Of a stretch of 32,000 bases of DNA, positions 18,711 through 28,405 are shown piece by piece. Positions within the stretch are counted from its first letter, which is position 1. The number at the start of each line of letters is the position of its first letter. A program made the position numbers and the translations under genes. The DNA lies in contig CP188086.1 in assembly GCA_049942765.1 (NCBI GenBank), forward strand, positions 150,001-182,000. The letters run 5' to 3'. The stretch comes from Candidatus Saccharimonadota bacterium (lineage in GTDB: Bacteria; Pseudomonadota; Gammaproteobacteria; Enterobacterales; Enterobacteriaceae). Below the pieces are notes generated by a model, which made no database searches, had not been told where the DNA came from, and was given only the letters and a program-made list of their open reading frames with translations.

Positions 18711-20525
18711 TTATTTTTTTCTTGATGCACGTTTTCTCTCATTTTCTGTTAAATATTTTTTTCTAATTCTAATGGCAGTGGGAGTAATTTCTACTAATTC
18801 ATCGTCATTAATAAATCCTAAAGATGATTCTAATGTCATTTTTGTATATGGAGTTAATATAATAGATTCATCATTACCGGATGCTCTCATATTAGTTAGT
18901 TTTTTTCCAGTTAAACAATTAACTGTCAGATCGTTTTCTTTATTATGTAGTCCAATAATTTGTCCTTCATATATTTTAGTACCATGATTTAAAAATAATT
19001 TACCTCTATCTTGTAAGTGATATAAAGCAAAAGCTACTGCTGTTCCAGTATGATTGGATATTAAAACTCCATTTCTTCTTTGTCCAACATTGTAATTTTG
19101 GACATTATCATAATGACTAAATGATGAATAAAATAGTCCTGTTCCAGAAGTAATACTAATATATTCAGTACGAAAACCTATTAATGCTCGACTAGATAAG
19201 ACATAATGTAGTTGTATTCTGTTATTGTTTTGATGATTAATATTTGTCATTTTTCCTTTTCTCTCACCTAAGGATTTCATGACTATTCCTTGATGTTTAA
19301 TATCAAGATCTAATATAATATTTTCAAATGGTTCTTGTGTTATGCTATTTTTTGTTTTTAATATTATAATTGGACGAGATACTTCTAATTCAAATCCTTC
19401 TCTTCTCATATTTTCAATTAATATAGATAAGTGTAATTCACCTCGACCAGATACACAAAATGTATTTGAATTATTGGTTTCTTCAACATGTAATGCTACA
19501 TTATTTATTGTTTCTTTGTTTAATCTTTCTGATATTTGACGTGAAGTAATATATTTTCCTTCTTGACCTGAAAATGGTGAGCTATTGACTGAAAAAAACA
19601 TTTTTATTGTTGGTTCATCTATATTTAATTTAGGTAGTATTGTGAGTTCTGTGGGATCACAGATAGTATCAGATATATTTATGTTGTTTAATCCAGTAAT
19701 CGCAACAATACTTCCAGAGATAGCAAAATCAGTTGAAATTCGTTGTAAGCCCATATAAGTCAATACTTGATTTATTTTTCCTAATTGTTTTTTTCCATTA
19801 ATATTTGTAACTAATACTTGTTGGTTAGGTTTAATTGATCCTTGTTTAATTCTTCCTATACCAATAATCCCTAAATAGTTGTTATAATCTAATTGAGATA
19901 TTTGCATCTGTAATTTTTGATTATAATTTTTTAATGGAGCTGGAACATGTTTTATAATAGCTTCACATAAAGATGACATATCTTTTTTCATATTATCAAG
20001 TGTTTCACCAGAAAAACCTTGTATGGCAGATGTATAAATTATTGGAAAATCTAATTGTTTATCATTAGCATTTAAATTCACAAATAGATCAAAAATTTGA
20101 TCAACAACCCATTCTGGACGAGCATGTTTTCTATCAATTTTATTGATAACAACAATTGGATTCATATTATGATTAAAGGCTTTTTCTGTAACGAATCGGG
20201 TTTGTGGCATAGGACCCTCTGAGGCATCTACTATTAACAATACTGAATCAACCATTGATAGAATTCGTTCTACTTCTCCACCAAAATCGGCATGTCCTGG
20301 AGTATCAATTATGTTAATATGATATTTGTTCCATTTAATTGAAGTATTTTTAGCTAATATTGTTATTCCTCTTTCTTTTTCCAAGATATTAGAATCCATT
20401 ATTCGATCTTCTATAATTTCATTATGTACAAAAGTTCCTGATTGTTGAAGTAATTTATCGATTAAGGTAGTTTTTCCATGGTCAACATGTGCAATTATAG
20501 CTATATTTCTGATGTTTTGATTCAT
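18711..20525 (-). CDS. typA: translational GTPase TypA/BipA
   Basis: 604 aa versus 607 in E. coli. It has the G-domain motifs [20 protein letters not shown] and NKIDR, with EF-G-like domains downstream. Confidence 0.97.
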   Translation of the reverse strand: MNQNIRNIAIIAHVDHGKTTLIDKLLQQSGTFVHNEIIEDRIMDSNILEKERGITILAKNTSIKWNKYHINIIDTPGHADFGGEVERILSMVDSVLLIVDASEGPMPQTRFVTEKAFNHNMNPIVVINKIDRKHARPEWVVDQIFDLFVNLNANDKQLDFPIIYTSAIQGFSGETLDNMKKDMSSLCEAIIKHVPAPLKNYNQKLQMQISQLDYNNYLGIIGIGRIKQGSIKPNQQVLVTNINGKKQLGKINQVLTYMGLQRISTDFAISGSIVAITGLNNINISDTICDPTELTILPKLNIDEPTIKMFFSVNSSPFSGQEGKYITSRQISERLNKETINNVALHVEETNNSNTFCVSGRGELHLSILIENMRREGFELEVSRPIIILKTKNSITQEPFENIILDLDIKHQGIVMKSLGERKGKMTNINHQNNNRIQLHYVLSSRALIGFRTEYISITSGTGLFYSSFSHYDNVQNYNVGQRRNGVLISNHTGTAVAFALYHLQDRGKLFLNHGTKIYEGQIIGLHNKENDLTVNCLTGKKLTNMRASGNDESIILTPYTKMTLESSLGFINDDELVEITPTAIRIRKKYLTENERKRASRKK

Positions 20526-20689
20526 ACATTTACCTTTAAGAACATTATGTTTCTTTAAATATAATTAAATTTTAAGTATTTTTAAAATACATTACATTAT
20601 TTTAATTTTTTAAGTTATTTTTTATTGATTATTAAAATATATATCATAGGTATAAAATTAAATAATTTTTATCATAGTGAAGGTTAAGT

Positions 20690-21292
20690 ATGTTTTTAAA
20701 TAAATATAATAAGGCATGTTTTTTAACTAGTATGGTATGTGTAAAAAAAAATTATTTTTCTTCTGGTAAAGAAATTGCATTAGTTGGATATTCTAATGTT
20801 GGTAAATCTAGTATAATAAATAGTTTAACTAAAAATAACAAACTATCTAAAGTGAGTAAAACTCCAGGTAAAACAAAAATGATTAATTTTTTTGGATTAT
20901 CAGATGGTGATCGTTTAGTTGATTTACCTGGTTATGGTTATGCTAAAGTATCTAAAAAAATTAAGCAAGATTGGGATTATTCTGTCAATCAGTATTTATT
21001 AAATAGTGTATTTTTAATGGGTGTTGTTGTTTGTATGGATATAAGGCATGTTATAAAAGATTTAGATAAAAAAATTATTAATTTAATTGTTAATAATAAT
21101 AAATTAATATGTTTAGTTTTAACAAAGTCAGATTTAATGAGTAATGTATTATGTAAAGCAAAAATAAATATTATAAAAAACTATTTATCATTTTTACAAA
21201 TAAAGATAGATATAATCTTGTTTTCCTCTCGATCTTTTATAGGAGTAGATATTTTACAAAATAAAATTTGTAAATGGTTTGAAGGTAGTTAA
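20690..21292 (+). CDS. engB: ribosome-biogenesis GTPase EngB/YihA
   Basis: 200 aa. It has GYSNVGKSSIINSLT (G1), DLPGYGYA (G3) and LTKSD (G4), and is colinear with E. coli EngB. It is convergent with polA, as in E. coli. Confidence 0.94.
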   Translation: MFLNKYNKACFLTSMVCVKKNYFSSGKEIALVGYSNVGKSSIINSLTKNNKLSKVSKTPGKTKMINFFGLSDGDRLVDLPGYGYAKVSKKIKQDWDYSVNQYLLNSVFLMGVVVCMDIRHVIKDLDKKIINLIVNNNKLICLVLTKSDLMSNVLCKAKINIIKNYLSFLQIKIDIILFSSRSFIGVDILQNKICKWFEGS

Positions 21293-21357
21293 GTATTTCA
21301 TTTTGTATAGTATGTTTTTTTAATTTAAATTATATTTCTATAATAGAATATTATTCT

Positions 21358-24063
21358 TTATGATTGTAAATCATACCAGTTTTTTCCATTTTTAATATTT
21401 ACTTTAATTGGTATATCTAATGGCATATTTTGTTCCATTAAATATTCGATATTTTTTTTTATTTTTGTTACATGTGAATGTTTAATTTCAAAAATTAATT
21501 CATCATGAACTTGCATAATTATTTTTGCCTCATTCGGATAATGTTTTAATAACCAATGATTGATTCTAATCATAGCTATTTTTATGATGTCTGCTGCTGT
21601 ACCTTGAATAATATAATTAACAGCTTGTCTTTCTGCAGATTTTTGTATATTAGGATTTTTAGAATTTATATTATTTATATATATTTTTCTACCATGTAAT
21701 GTAGATACATATCCTTCAAGTCTAGCTTTTTTTTTGCTTGCTTGTATATAGTTGAATATTTCTGTGTATTTATTAAAATATTCAAATATATATTTTTTTG
21801 ATTCTGAATAACTAATTTGTAGTTGCTTAGATAAACCAAATGGAGTAACTCCGTATATTAATGCAAAATTGATAGTTTTTGCGTATTGTCTTTGTTTGTG
21901 TGAGACTTCATTTTTCTGTACATTGAATATAGCAGTGGCAGTAATGGTATGAATATCTTCTTGATTAAAAAAATATTTTTTTAATTTTGGGTCTCTTGAT
22001 AAATGTGCCATAATTCGTAATTCAATTTGTGAATAATCAGCAGAGATAATCATATAATTAAAACTAGGAATGAAAGCTTTTCTGATTTGTTTTCCAATTT
22101 CATGTCGAATAGGAATATTTTGTAAATTAGGTTTTTTGGATGATAGTCTACCAGTTAATGTACTATTTTGATGGTATGTAGTGTGTAGTTTTCCAGTTTT
22201 GCTATTTACCATTTTAGGTAAAATATCTAAATATGTGTTTTTAAATTTAAATAAGCTTCTATACTTTAAAATTATTTTTGGTAATTCATGATGTTTTGAT
22301 AATTTCATTAAAACAAATTTATTAGTAGATGAGTTACCAATTTTAGTTTTATTAATATCTTTTAAATTAAATTTATTAAATAAAATATTTTGAATTTCTT
22401 TATTAGAAGATAAATTAAATGGTGATTCAGTATGTTTATATGCTAACTGAGTTAAGTTTAATAAATTATCATGAATATGTTTTGATTGTTGTTGTAATAT
22501 ATTAGTATCAATTGCAATACCGTGGTATTCCATAGAAGCTATAATTGGAATTAAAGGCATATCTATTGTATTGAATATTGTTTTTTTTTTGTTGTCTTTT
22601 TGTATTATATTCCATAATTGATGGTGTAATTGTAATATTATATGTGCTTTATGTCCTGAGTTTAATTGATCCTGAGGTATATTTAATTTGATATCTATTG
22701 TTGAATTTAAATATTGAGATAACACATTTTTAAATGTGTTTAGTTGTGCTCCATCGTTTATGTATGCTTCTAACATAACATCAAAATTAGTACCAAAAAA
22801 TTGAATGTTATATTTTTTAAAAAATTTAAGATATTTTTTTAAATTAAAACTAACTTTTGTTATTTTTTTATCTTCTAGTAATAATTTTAAATAGGAAAAT
22901 ATTTCTTTTTGATTAAACAAAAAATTATTATTATAATGTATTGATTTTAAAGATATGAATATTGATTTTTGTGCATTTGTAGCTATTCCAATGCTAATAG
23001 CATTATTATCTTCAAAATCTATATATATGGCTATTAAATCTGTTTTTTTTAGTTTATTAAACCAAAATTGAATGATAGATATAGATGTAATTGTGTAGTT
23101 TTTTATATTGTTTAAAGTATTCTTGTGATAATGATTTTTATCATTGATCATATGGTTACAATTATGATTGTTAGATTCATATATTAAATAGTTAAAAATT
23201 TTTTTTAAATATTTAAAATTATATTGATTGAATAATTTTGTTAATTTAGTTATGTTTGGTGTTTTTAATATTGGGTTTATTGTATTAATATCAATAGATA
23301 TATCAGTTTTAATTTTAGTTAGTTTGTATGATAAAAACGCTATTTTTTTATTTTCAAGTATGATATTAGATATTTTTTTTGCACCTTTAATAGGTAAATT
23401 TTTTATATCATTAATATTATTGTAGATATTATATATAGATCCATAATGTTGAACAAGTATGGTTGCTTTTTTTTTTCCGATTCCGGGAACGCCAGGTATA
23501 TTATCTGAACTATCGCCCATTAGACCTAACCAATCAGCAATAAATTGTGGTTTAACGCCATATTTTTTCGTAATATCATTAGAATTTAAAATTGTTTGAT
23601 CATGGACATTTATGATATAAATATTAGATGATACTAATTGAGCTAAGTCTTTATCATTACTACTTATCAAAACTTTATAATTATTTAGAGCATATATGTT
23701 TGATAAAGTACCAATAATATCATCAGCTTCGATATTTGGTATTTTTAATGTAGATATGCCTAGTTGATGTATTATATTTATAATAGGAGGTATTTGTTTT
23801 TTAAGTATTTGAGGCATTGGAATTCGATTAGATTTGTAATTTTTATACAATCTTGTTCGAAAATTATGTTTGTTAGAATCAAATATTATAATAATATTTT
23901 TTGGATGATGTACTTTTAATAGTTTAAATAACATGTTAATTATACCGTATATTGCTCCTGTATGTTCTCCATGTTGGTTCATTAATAAAGGATATGCATA
24001 GTAAGCACGATATAAATAATAAGTACCGTCAATTAACATTATAGTTTTTTTTTTAATTGTCAT
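21358..24063 (-). CDS. polA: DNA polymerase I, full length (5' nuclease, degenerate 3'-5' exonuclease-like domain, polymerase domain)
   Basis: 901 aa versus 928 in E. coli. The 5' nuclease has LIDGTYYLYRAYYA and GDSSDNIPGVPGIGKK. The polymerase has motif A ADYSQIELRIMAH, motif B RQYAKTINFALIYG and motif C MQVHDELIFE. The central region aligns with the Klenow exonuclease domain, but its Exo II and Exo III residues are substituted (see findings). Confidence 0.96.
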   Translation of the reverse strand: MTIKKKTIMLIDGTYYLYRAYYAYPLLMNQHGEHTGAIYGIINMLFKLLKVHHPKNIIIIFDSNKHNFRTRLYKNYKSNRIPMPQILKKQIPPIINIIHQLGISTLKIPNIEADDIIGTLSNIYALNNYKVLISSNDKDLAQLVSSNIYIINVHDQTILNSNDITKKYGVKPQFIADWLGLMGDSSDNIPGVPGIGKKKATILVQHYGSIYNIYNNINDIKNLPIKGAKKISNIILENKKIAFLSYKLTKIKTDISIDINTINPILKTPNITKLTKLFNQYNFKYLKKIFNYLIYESNNHNCNHMINDKNHYHKNTLNNIKNYTITSISIIQFWFNKLKKTDLIAIYIDFEDNNAISIGIATNAQKSIFISLKSIHYNNNFLFNQKEIFSYLKLLLEDKKITKVSFNLKKYLKFFKKYNIQFFGTNFDVMLEAYINDGAQLNTFKNVLSQYLNSTIDIKLNIPQDQLNSGHKAHIILQLHHQLWNIIQKDNKKKTIFNTIDMPLIPIIASMEYHGIAIDTNILQQQSKHIHDNLLNLTQLAYKHTESPFNLSSNKEIQNILFNKFNLKDINKTKIGNSSTNKFVLMKLSKHHELPKIILKYRSLFKFKNTYLDILPKMVNSKTGKLHTTYHQNSTLTGRLSSKKPNLQNIPIRHEIGKQIRKAFIPSFNYMIISADYSQIELRIMAHLSRDPKLKKYFFNQEDIHTITATAIFNVQKNEVSHKQRQYAKTINFALIYGVTPFGLSKQLQISYSESKKYIFEYFNKYTEIFNYIQASKKKARLEGYVSTLHGRKIYINNINSKNPNIQKSAERQAVNYIIQGTAADIIKIAMIRINHWLLKHYPNEAKIIMQVHDELIFEIKHSHVTKIKKNIEYLMEQNMPLDIPIKVNIKNGKNWYDLQS

Positions 24064-24203
24064 ATTGGTGTTTTTGTTATCATGTTTAGTGTGATAAGTA
24101 TTTTTAAGATTTATATATAGTCATAGATTTTACAGTGATTTTTTATCGTTTGATATTATTTAAACTTATAAAAGTTTATAAAAATAAATATATTAAATTA
24201 ACA

Positions 24204-24827
24204 TTATTTTTTTTGAATGAGAAATTGTACTAGAGATAAATATTTTTGAATAAAGTCATGAAAATTTTTTGTGTTCAAATTTTCATTTTTAATGATATAT
24301 TTTCCATTAATAATAGTAGCAGGTATATATGGTAAATATAATTGTTCAACAAGTTGTTTGTTTTTTTGAATGATATAATTTATGGAATAACTATTCCATA
24401 ATAAGTTAAATTTCTTTTTTGTGAGATTAGTATTTTTAATAATTTCATTTTTAATAATATTATCATTAATATGGACATTATTATATAATAATTTAAATAG
24501 TTGATGTATGGTTTTTTTTTCTAAATGTTTAACTTTAGTTATATACCAAATATGAGTAAGCGTCTTTTCTAATTTTTCATTAAAAAAATTTATATGATGA
24601 AGATTAAATTGGTGTTTTTGTGAGAATAAAATTTCCATTTTTTTATTTAATTGGAATTTATTTATTAATACATAACAATGAGGACATAAAAAAGAAAAAA
24701 ATTCTGTAATTGGTTTCATGTGTTCGATTGATTGAGGCAACCGTGTATAGTGTTTTCCTTCAATAAATGGTTCAGCAATCAAATTACATGAAAATAAAAT
24801 ACTGATAATTATTAATAAAGTTTTCAA
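24204..24827 (-). CDS. dsbA: periplasmic thiol:disulfide oxidoreductase DsbA (TTG start)
   Basis: 207 aa versus 208 in E. coli. It has an N-terminal signal-peptide-like MKTLLIIISILFSCNLIA, the active site FFSFLCPHCY and a C-terminal VNGKY-like INGKY. The only start codon compatible with the signal peptide is TTG (24827-24825). Confidence 0.92.
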   Translation of the reverse strand: MKTLLIIISILFSCNLIAEPFIEGKHYTRLPQSIEHMKPITEFFSFLCPHCYVLINKFQLNKKMEILFSQKHQFNLHHINFFNEKLEKTLTHIWYITKVKHLEKKTIHQLFKLLYNNVHINDNIIKNEIIKNTNLTKKKFNLLWNSYSINYIIQKNKQLVEQLYLPYIPATIINGKYIIKNENLNTKNFHDFIQKYLSLVQFLIQKK

Positions 24828-25155
24828 TTTTTTCTCTAAAAAATGTGTATTGTATAGTATGAAGTATATATTTATTAAATAACTTGATTACAAGTTAATA
24901 AAAAATAAATTTTAAAAAATATATTAATATGATTAAAAAAAATATTATTTGATTTTTCCATGATTGATTTTTTATTAGACGTTTTTAGAATGTTTATAGA
25001 ATAATATATTCTATATTGTATAATTTAATAAAAATATTTATTTTTAAATTGTATACAATACATTATTGTTATTTTAATTATTTTTTCTGTATGTTGATTG
25101 CACTGTAACGGTATATTTTATTCGATAAAAAATTATTTATAAATTTTAATTTATA

Positions 25156-25231
25156 AATATTAATTATATTGTATAATAATATTAATTATATATTATATAT
25201 TTATTAATTATTTGATTAATAAATTAATTAT
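25156..25231. repeat. Four phased copies of ATTAATTAT (degenerate tandem unit of about 22 bp) in the dsbA-mutS divergent spacer
   Basis: The exact 9-mer attaattat occurs at 25159, 25181, 25203 and 25223 (spacing 22, 22, 20). Copies 1 and 2 share a 14-mer, aatattaattatat (25156-25169 and 25178-25191). In DNA this A/T-rich it could be low-complexity coincidence. Confidence 0.3.
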
Positions 25232-25390
25232 AAAAAAAGTTTATAGAAATTGATTTTTCAGAAAAATATTTTTTTTTGATTACTATAAGTTTTTAAATTA
25301 AAAACTTAAATTGAATTGATAATTATTTTTAACTATATACTACACATAGTGTTTATTTTTATGGATGATGTAAAACTGTGTTGAATCTGC

Positions 25391-27940
25391 ATGATGATTA
25401 CTAAAAATATAAATCAAACTAATATGTATACTCCTATGATTGAACAATATTTGTTGTTTAAGAAGAAGTATCCTCATATGTTAGTTTTTTTTCAAATAGG
25501 TGATTTTTATGAGTTGTTTTTTAATGATGCTAAAAAAGCTTCAGAATTATTAAATATTACATTGACTAAACGAGGGTATTCTTCTCATGGTGTTATTCCT
25601 ATGGCGGGTATACCTTGTAATTATATTAGTCATTATGCAGCTAAGTTAATTAAACTAGGTATTTCTATGGTGATTTGTGATCAAGTGGGTCATAAATTAA
25701 CTAATACAAAGGGATTGTTAGATCGTAAAGTTTCTCAAGTAATAACTCCTGGAACGGTTACTGATGAAAATTTATTATCAGATAAATTAGATAATATGTT
25801 ATCAGCTGTTTATGAAAAAAATAATATATTTTATTATTCTAATTTAGATTTGTCTTCTGGTAGATTTTATGTATCAGAACATAATTCTAAAGAACAATTA
25901 TTAGCTAGAATTGAATGTACTAATCCACAAGAGATATTATTTCCGAGTAGTTTTGCTTTTAAAGATTTAATTAAACATAGACATGGATTACAATCTCGTC
26001 CAAATAGTGAATTTGATGTAATTTTAGCTAAAAAAAATGTAAAATGTCAATTTGGCAGTAATAGTGTTACATTTTTGTCAATTAGTGATAAAAATGGTAT
26101 GTTATCAGTTGCTGGTTGTTTATTAATTTATATAAAATCAATGCATTATAGTAATTTCCATCATATTAGGTGTATTAAAATAATAAAAAACAAAGATTAC
26201 ATTTATATGAATGCTGCAACTATTAAGCATTTATCATTAATGAATAATATTTCCGGTAAAAAAATTAATACTTTAAGTGATGTTTTAGATCATACAGTAA
26301 CACAAATGGGTAGTAGAATGTTTAAAAGATGGTTATATGCACCATTACGTAATATAACTATGATTACAAATAGACATAGTAGTGTTGTGAGTTTAAAAAA
26401 ATATATTCAACCATTAAAAACATTATTAATTCAAGTTGGTGATTTAGAGAGAGTTGTATCACGATTATCGTTGAGAACTGCAGTTCCTCGTGATTGGGTA
26501 TTATTACGACTTGCACTTTGTTCATTACCTAAGATTCGTTTGATTCTATCTGAAATAGATAACAAATATTTACAATCTCTGTTGTATTCAATTGGAGTTT
26601 TTTCTGACTTATTATCTTTATTGCATAAAGCTATTGCAATATGTCCATCTGTACACATTCGAGATGGTAATGTTATAGCAGATAACTATAATTTGCAATT
26701 AGATCAATTGCGATCCATTAAAAATTCATCTAAAGATGTATTATGTGACATTAAATTAAAGGAAAGTATAAAATTAGGTGTTGATAATTTAAAAATTGGT
26801 TGTAACAATGCAATTGGTTATTATATTCAAATTAATAACAAATATTTAAATTTGATACCTAACAATTATGTAAAAAAACAAACTTTAAAGTATTTTTCTA
26901 GATATACTTTTCCTGAATTGCAACAATTTCAAGAAACGTTTTTAACTGCTAATTTTAGATTAGTGGAATTAGAAACAATATTATATGAAGGGTTATTTGA
27001 TGTTATTTATCCATATTTATATAATTTACAAGATAGTGCACGTGCTTTGTCTGAATTAGATGTTTTGACTAATTTTTCAGAAAGATCAATTACTTTAAAT
27101 TATGTTTGTCCTATATTAACAAATAAACGCGAAATTGTTTTGAAAAATAGTAGACATCCAGTAATTGAATTAATAGTAAATGAAGTTTTTCAGGATAATG
27201 ATGTAGAATTAACATATAAAAAATCTATAATGGTTATTACTGGTCCTAATATGGGTGGTAAAAGTACTTATATGCGTCAAATTGCGTTAATTGTGATAAT
27301 GTCTTGTATTGGTAGTTTTGTACCATCAACATACGCTAGAATAGGTAATATTGATCAGATATTTACTAGAATAGGGTCTTCTGATAATTTATTAGAAGGA
27401 GAGTCTACTTTTATGGTTGAAATGAGAGAGTTATCTAATATTTTAACTAATGCAACTACTAATAGTTTAGTATTAATAGATGAAATTGGACGTGGAACTT
27501 CGAATTATGAAGGACTATCTTTAGCTTGGTCTATTTTAGAATATTTTGCAAAAAAAATTTGTTCTATAACATTATTTTCAACTCATTATTTTGAATTAAC
27601 AGAGTTATCTAAACGATTTAATAACATACATAATATGTTTTTTAGTATTTTAAAAAAAAATAAAGATATTATTTTTTTATATAAGATACAATCTGGTCAC
27701 GTTAATAAAAGTTATGCATTATCGGTATCAGAATTAGCTGGTATACCAATAGATATTATTGCAACTGCTAAAAATAAGTTAAAACAATTTAATAATAAAT
27801 CAATGGTTGATATAGACTTATTGAGTAATAATAAGTTTGATTTAGTTAAATTAATTCTATCTATAGAACCAAATAATATTTCACCTAGGGAAGCTTTAGA
27901 TTTTATTTTTTTATTAAAAGCAAAAATAGAACAATTATGA
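25391..27940 (+). CDS. mutS: DNA mismatch repair protein MutS
   Basis: 849 aa versus 853 in E. coli. It has TPMIEQYLLFKKKYP, the mismatch-binding motif GDFYELF, Walker A GPNMGGKSTYMRQ, DEIGRGTS and STHYFELT. Confidence 0.97.
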   Translation: MMITKNINQTNMYTPMIEQYLLFKKKYPHMLVFFQIGDFYELFFNDAKKASELLNITLTKRGYSSHGVIPMAGIPCNYISHYAAKLIKLGISMVICDQVGHKLTNTKGLLDRKVSQVITPGTVTDENLLSDKLDNMLSAVYEKNNIFYYSNLDLSSGRFYVSEHNSKEQLLARIECTNPQEILFPSSFAFKDLIKHRHGLQSRPNSEFDVILAKKNVKCQFGSNSVTFLSISDKNGMLSVAGCLLIYIKSMHYSNFHHIRCIKIIKNKDYIYMNAATIKHLSLMNNISGKKINTLSDVLDHTVTQMGSRMFKRWLYAPLRNITMITNRHSSVVSLKKYIQPLKTLLIQVGDLERVVSRLSLRTAVPRDWVLLRLALCSLPKIRLILSEIDNKYLQSLLYSIGVFSDLLSLLHKAIAICPSVHIRDGNVIADNYNLQLDQLRSIKNSSKDVLCDIKLKESIKLGVDNLKIGCNNAIGYYIQINNKYLNLIPNNYVKKQTLKYFSRYTFPELQQFQETFLTANFRLVELETILYEGLFDVIYPYLYNLQDSARALSELDVLTNFSERSITLNYVCPILTNKREIVLKNSRHPVIELIVNEVFQDNDVELTYKKSIMVITGPNMGGKSTYMRQIALIVIMSCIGSFVPSTYARIGNIDQIFTRIGSSDNLLEGESTFMVEMRELSNILTNATTNSLVLIDEIGRGTSNYEGLSLAWSILEYFAKKICSITLFSTHYFELTELSKRFNNIHNMFFSILKKNKDIIFLYKIQSGHVNKSYALSVSELAGIPIDIIATAKNKLKQFNNKSMVDIDLLSNNKFDLVKLILSIEPNNISPREALDFIFLLKAKIEQL

Positions 27941-28405
27941 AATAAATGGCATATTGATTATTTTTAAATTATAAAAATATATTTTTGATAACTAAATTGT
28001 AATTGTTTGTGTGATGAATTTTGTATAATTACAAAAATAATATTTTTTCTTGTATATTTAAGTATATATTTTAAATACATATATATGTTGTTTTATTAAA
28101 TTGATTTTTATATATCAATGTACATAATATTTTTTGTTATATTTTTAATATATACAATATAGCATTGTACTTGTAGTACATATTATTAATATAAGTATTT
28201 ATGTTTTTTATACTACATATTATTCGTTTATAACATAATTTAAAAAAATTGATTATATCTTATTTATATAAACAGTTTTTTATTAGTAATTATTATACAT
28301 TTCATTATTTTAAATGTAATTATTTTATTTAAAAATATTATATATTTAAAAATAATATATATATATGTTTATTATCATATTATTTAATTCAAGAAATATG
28401 TTTTC

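Noticed and set aside
18772-18987. A 71-aa + strand ORF inside typA
   Set aside because: It is an antisense shadow ORF within conserved typA coding sequence.
19342-19539. A 65-aa + strand ORF inside typA
   Set aside because: It is an antisense shadow ORF within conserved typA coding sequence.
21293-21357. The polA-engB convergent spacer, checked for the Spot 42 (spf) sRNA that lies here in E. coli
   Set aside because: Only 65 bp remain, with just a 5-bp hairpin and no resemblance to spf, so the sRNA appears to have been lost.
23228-23425. A 65-aa + strand ORF inside polA
   Set aside because: It is an antisense shadow ORF. It starts at TTG and is low-complexity, and polA on the opposite strand explains the region.
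26431-26658. A 75-aa minus-strand ORF inside mutS
   Set aside because: It is an antisense shadow ORF within conserved mutS, with no independent support.
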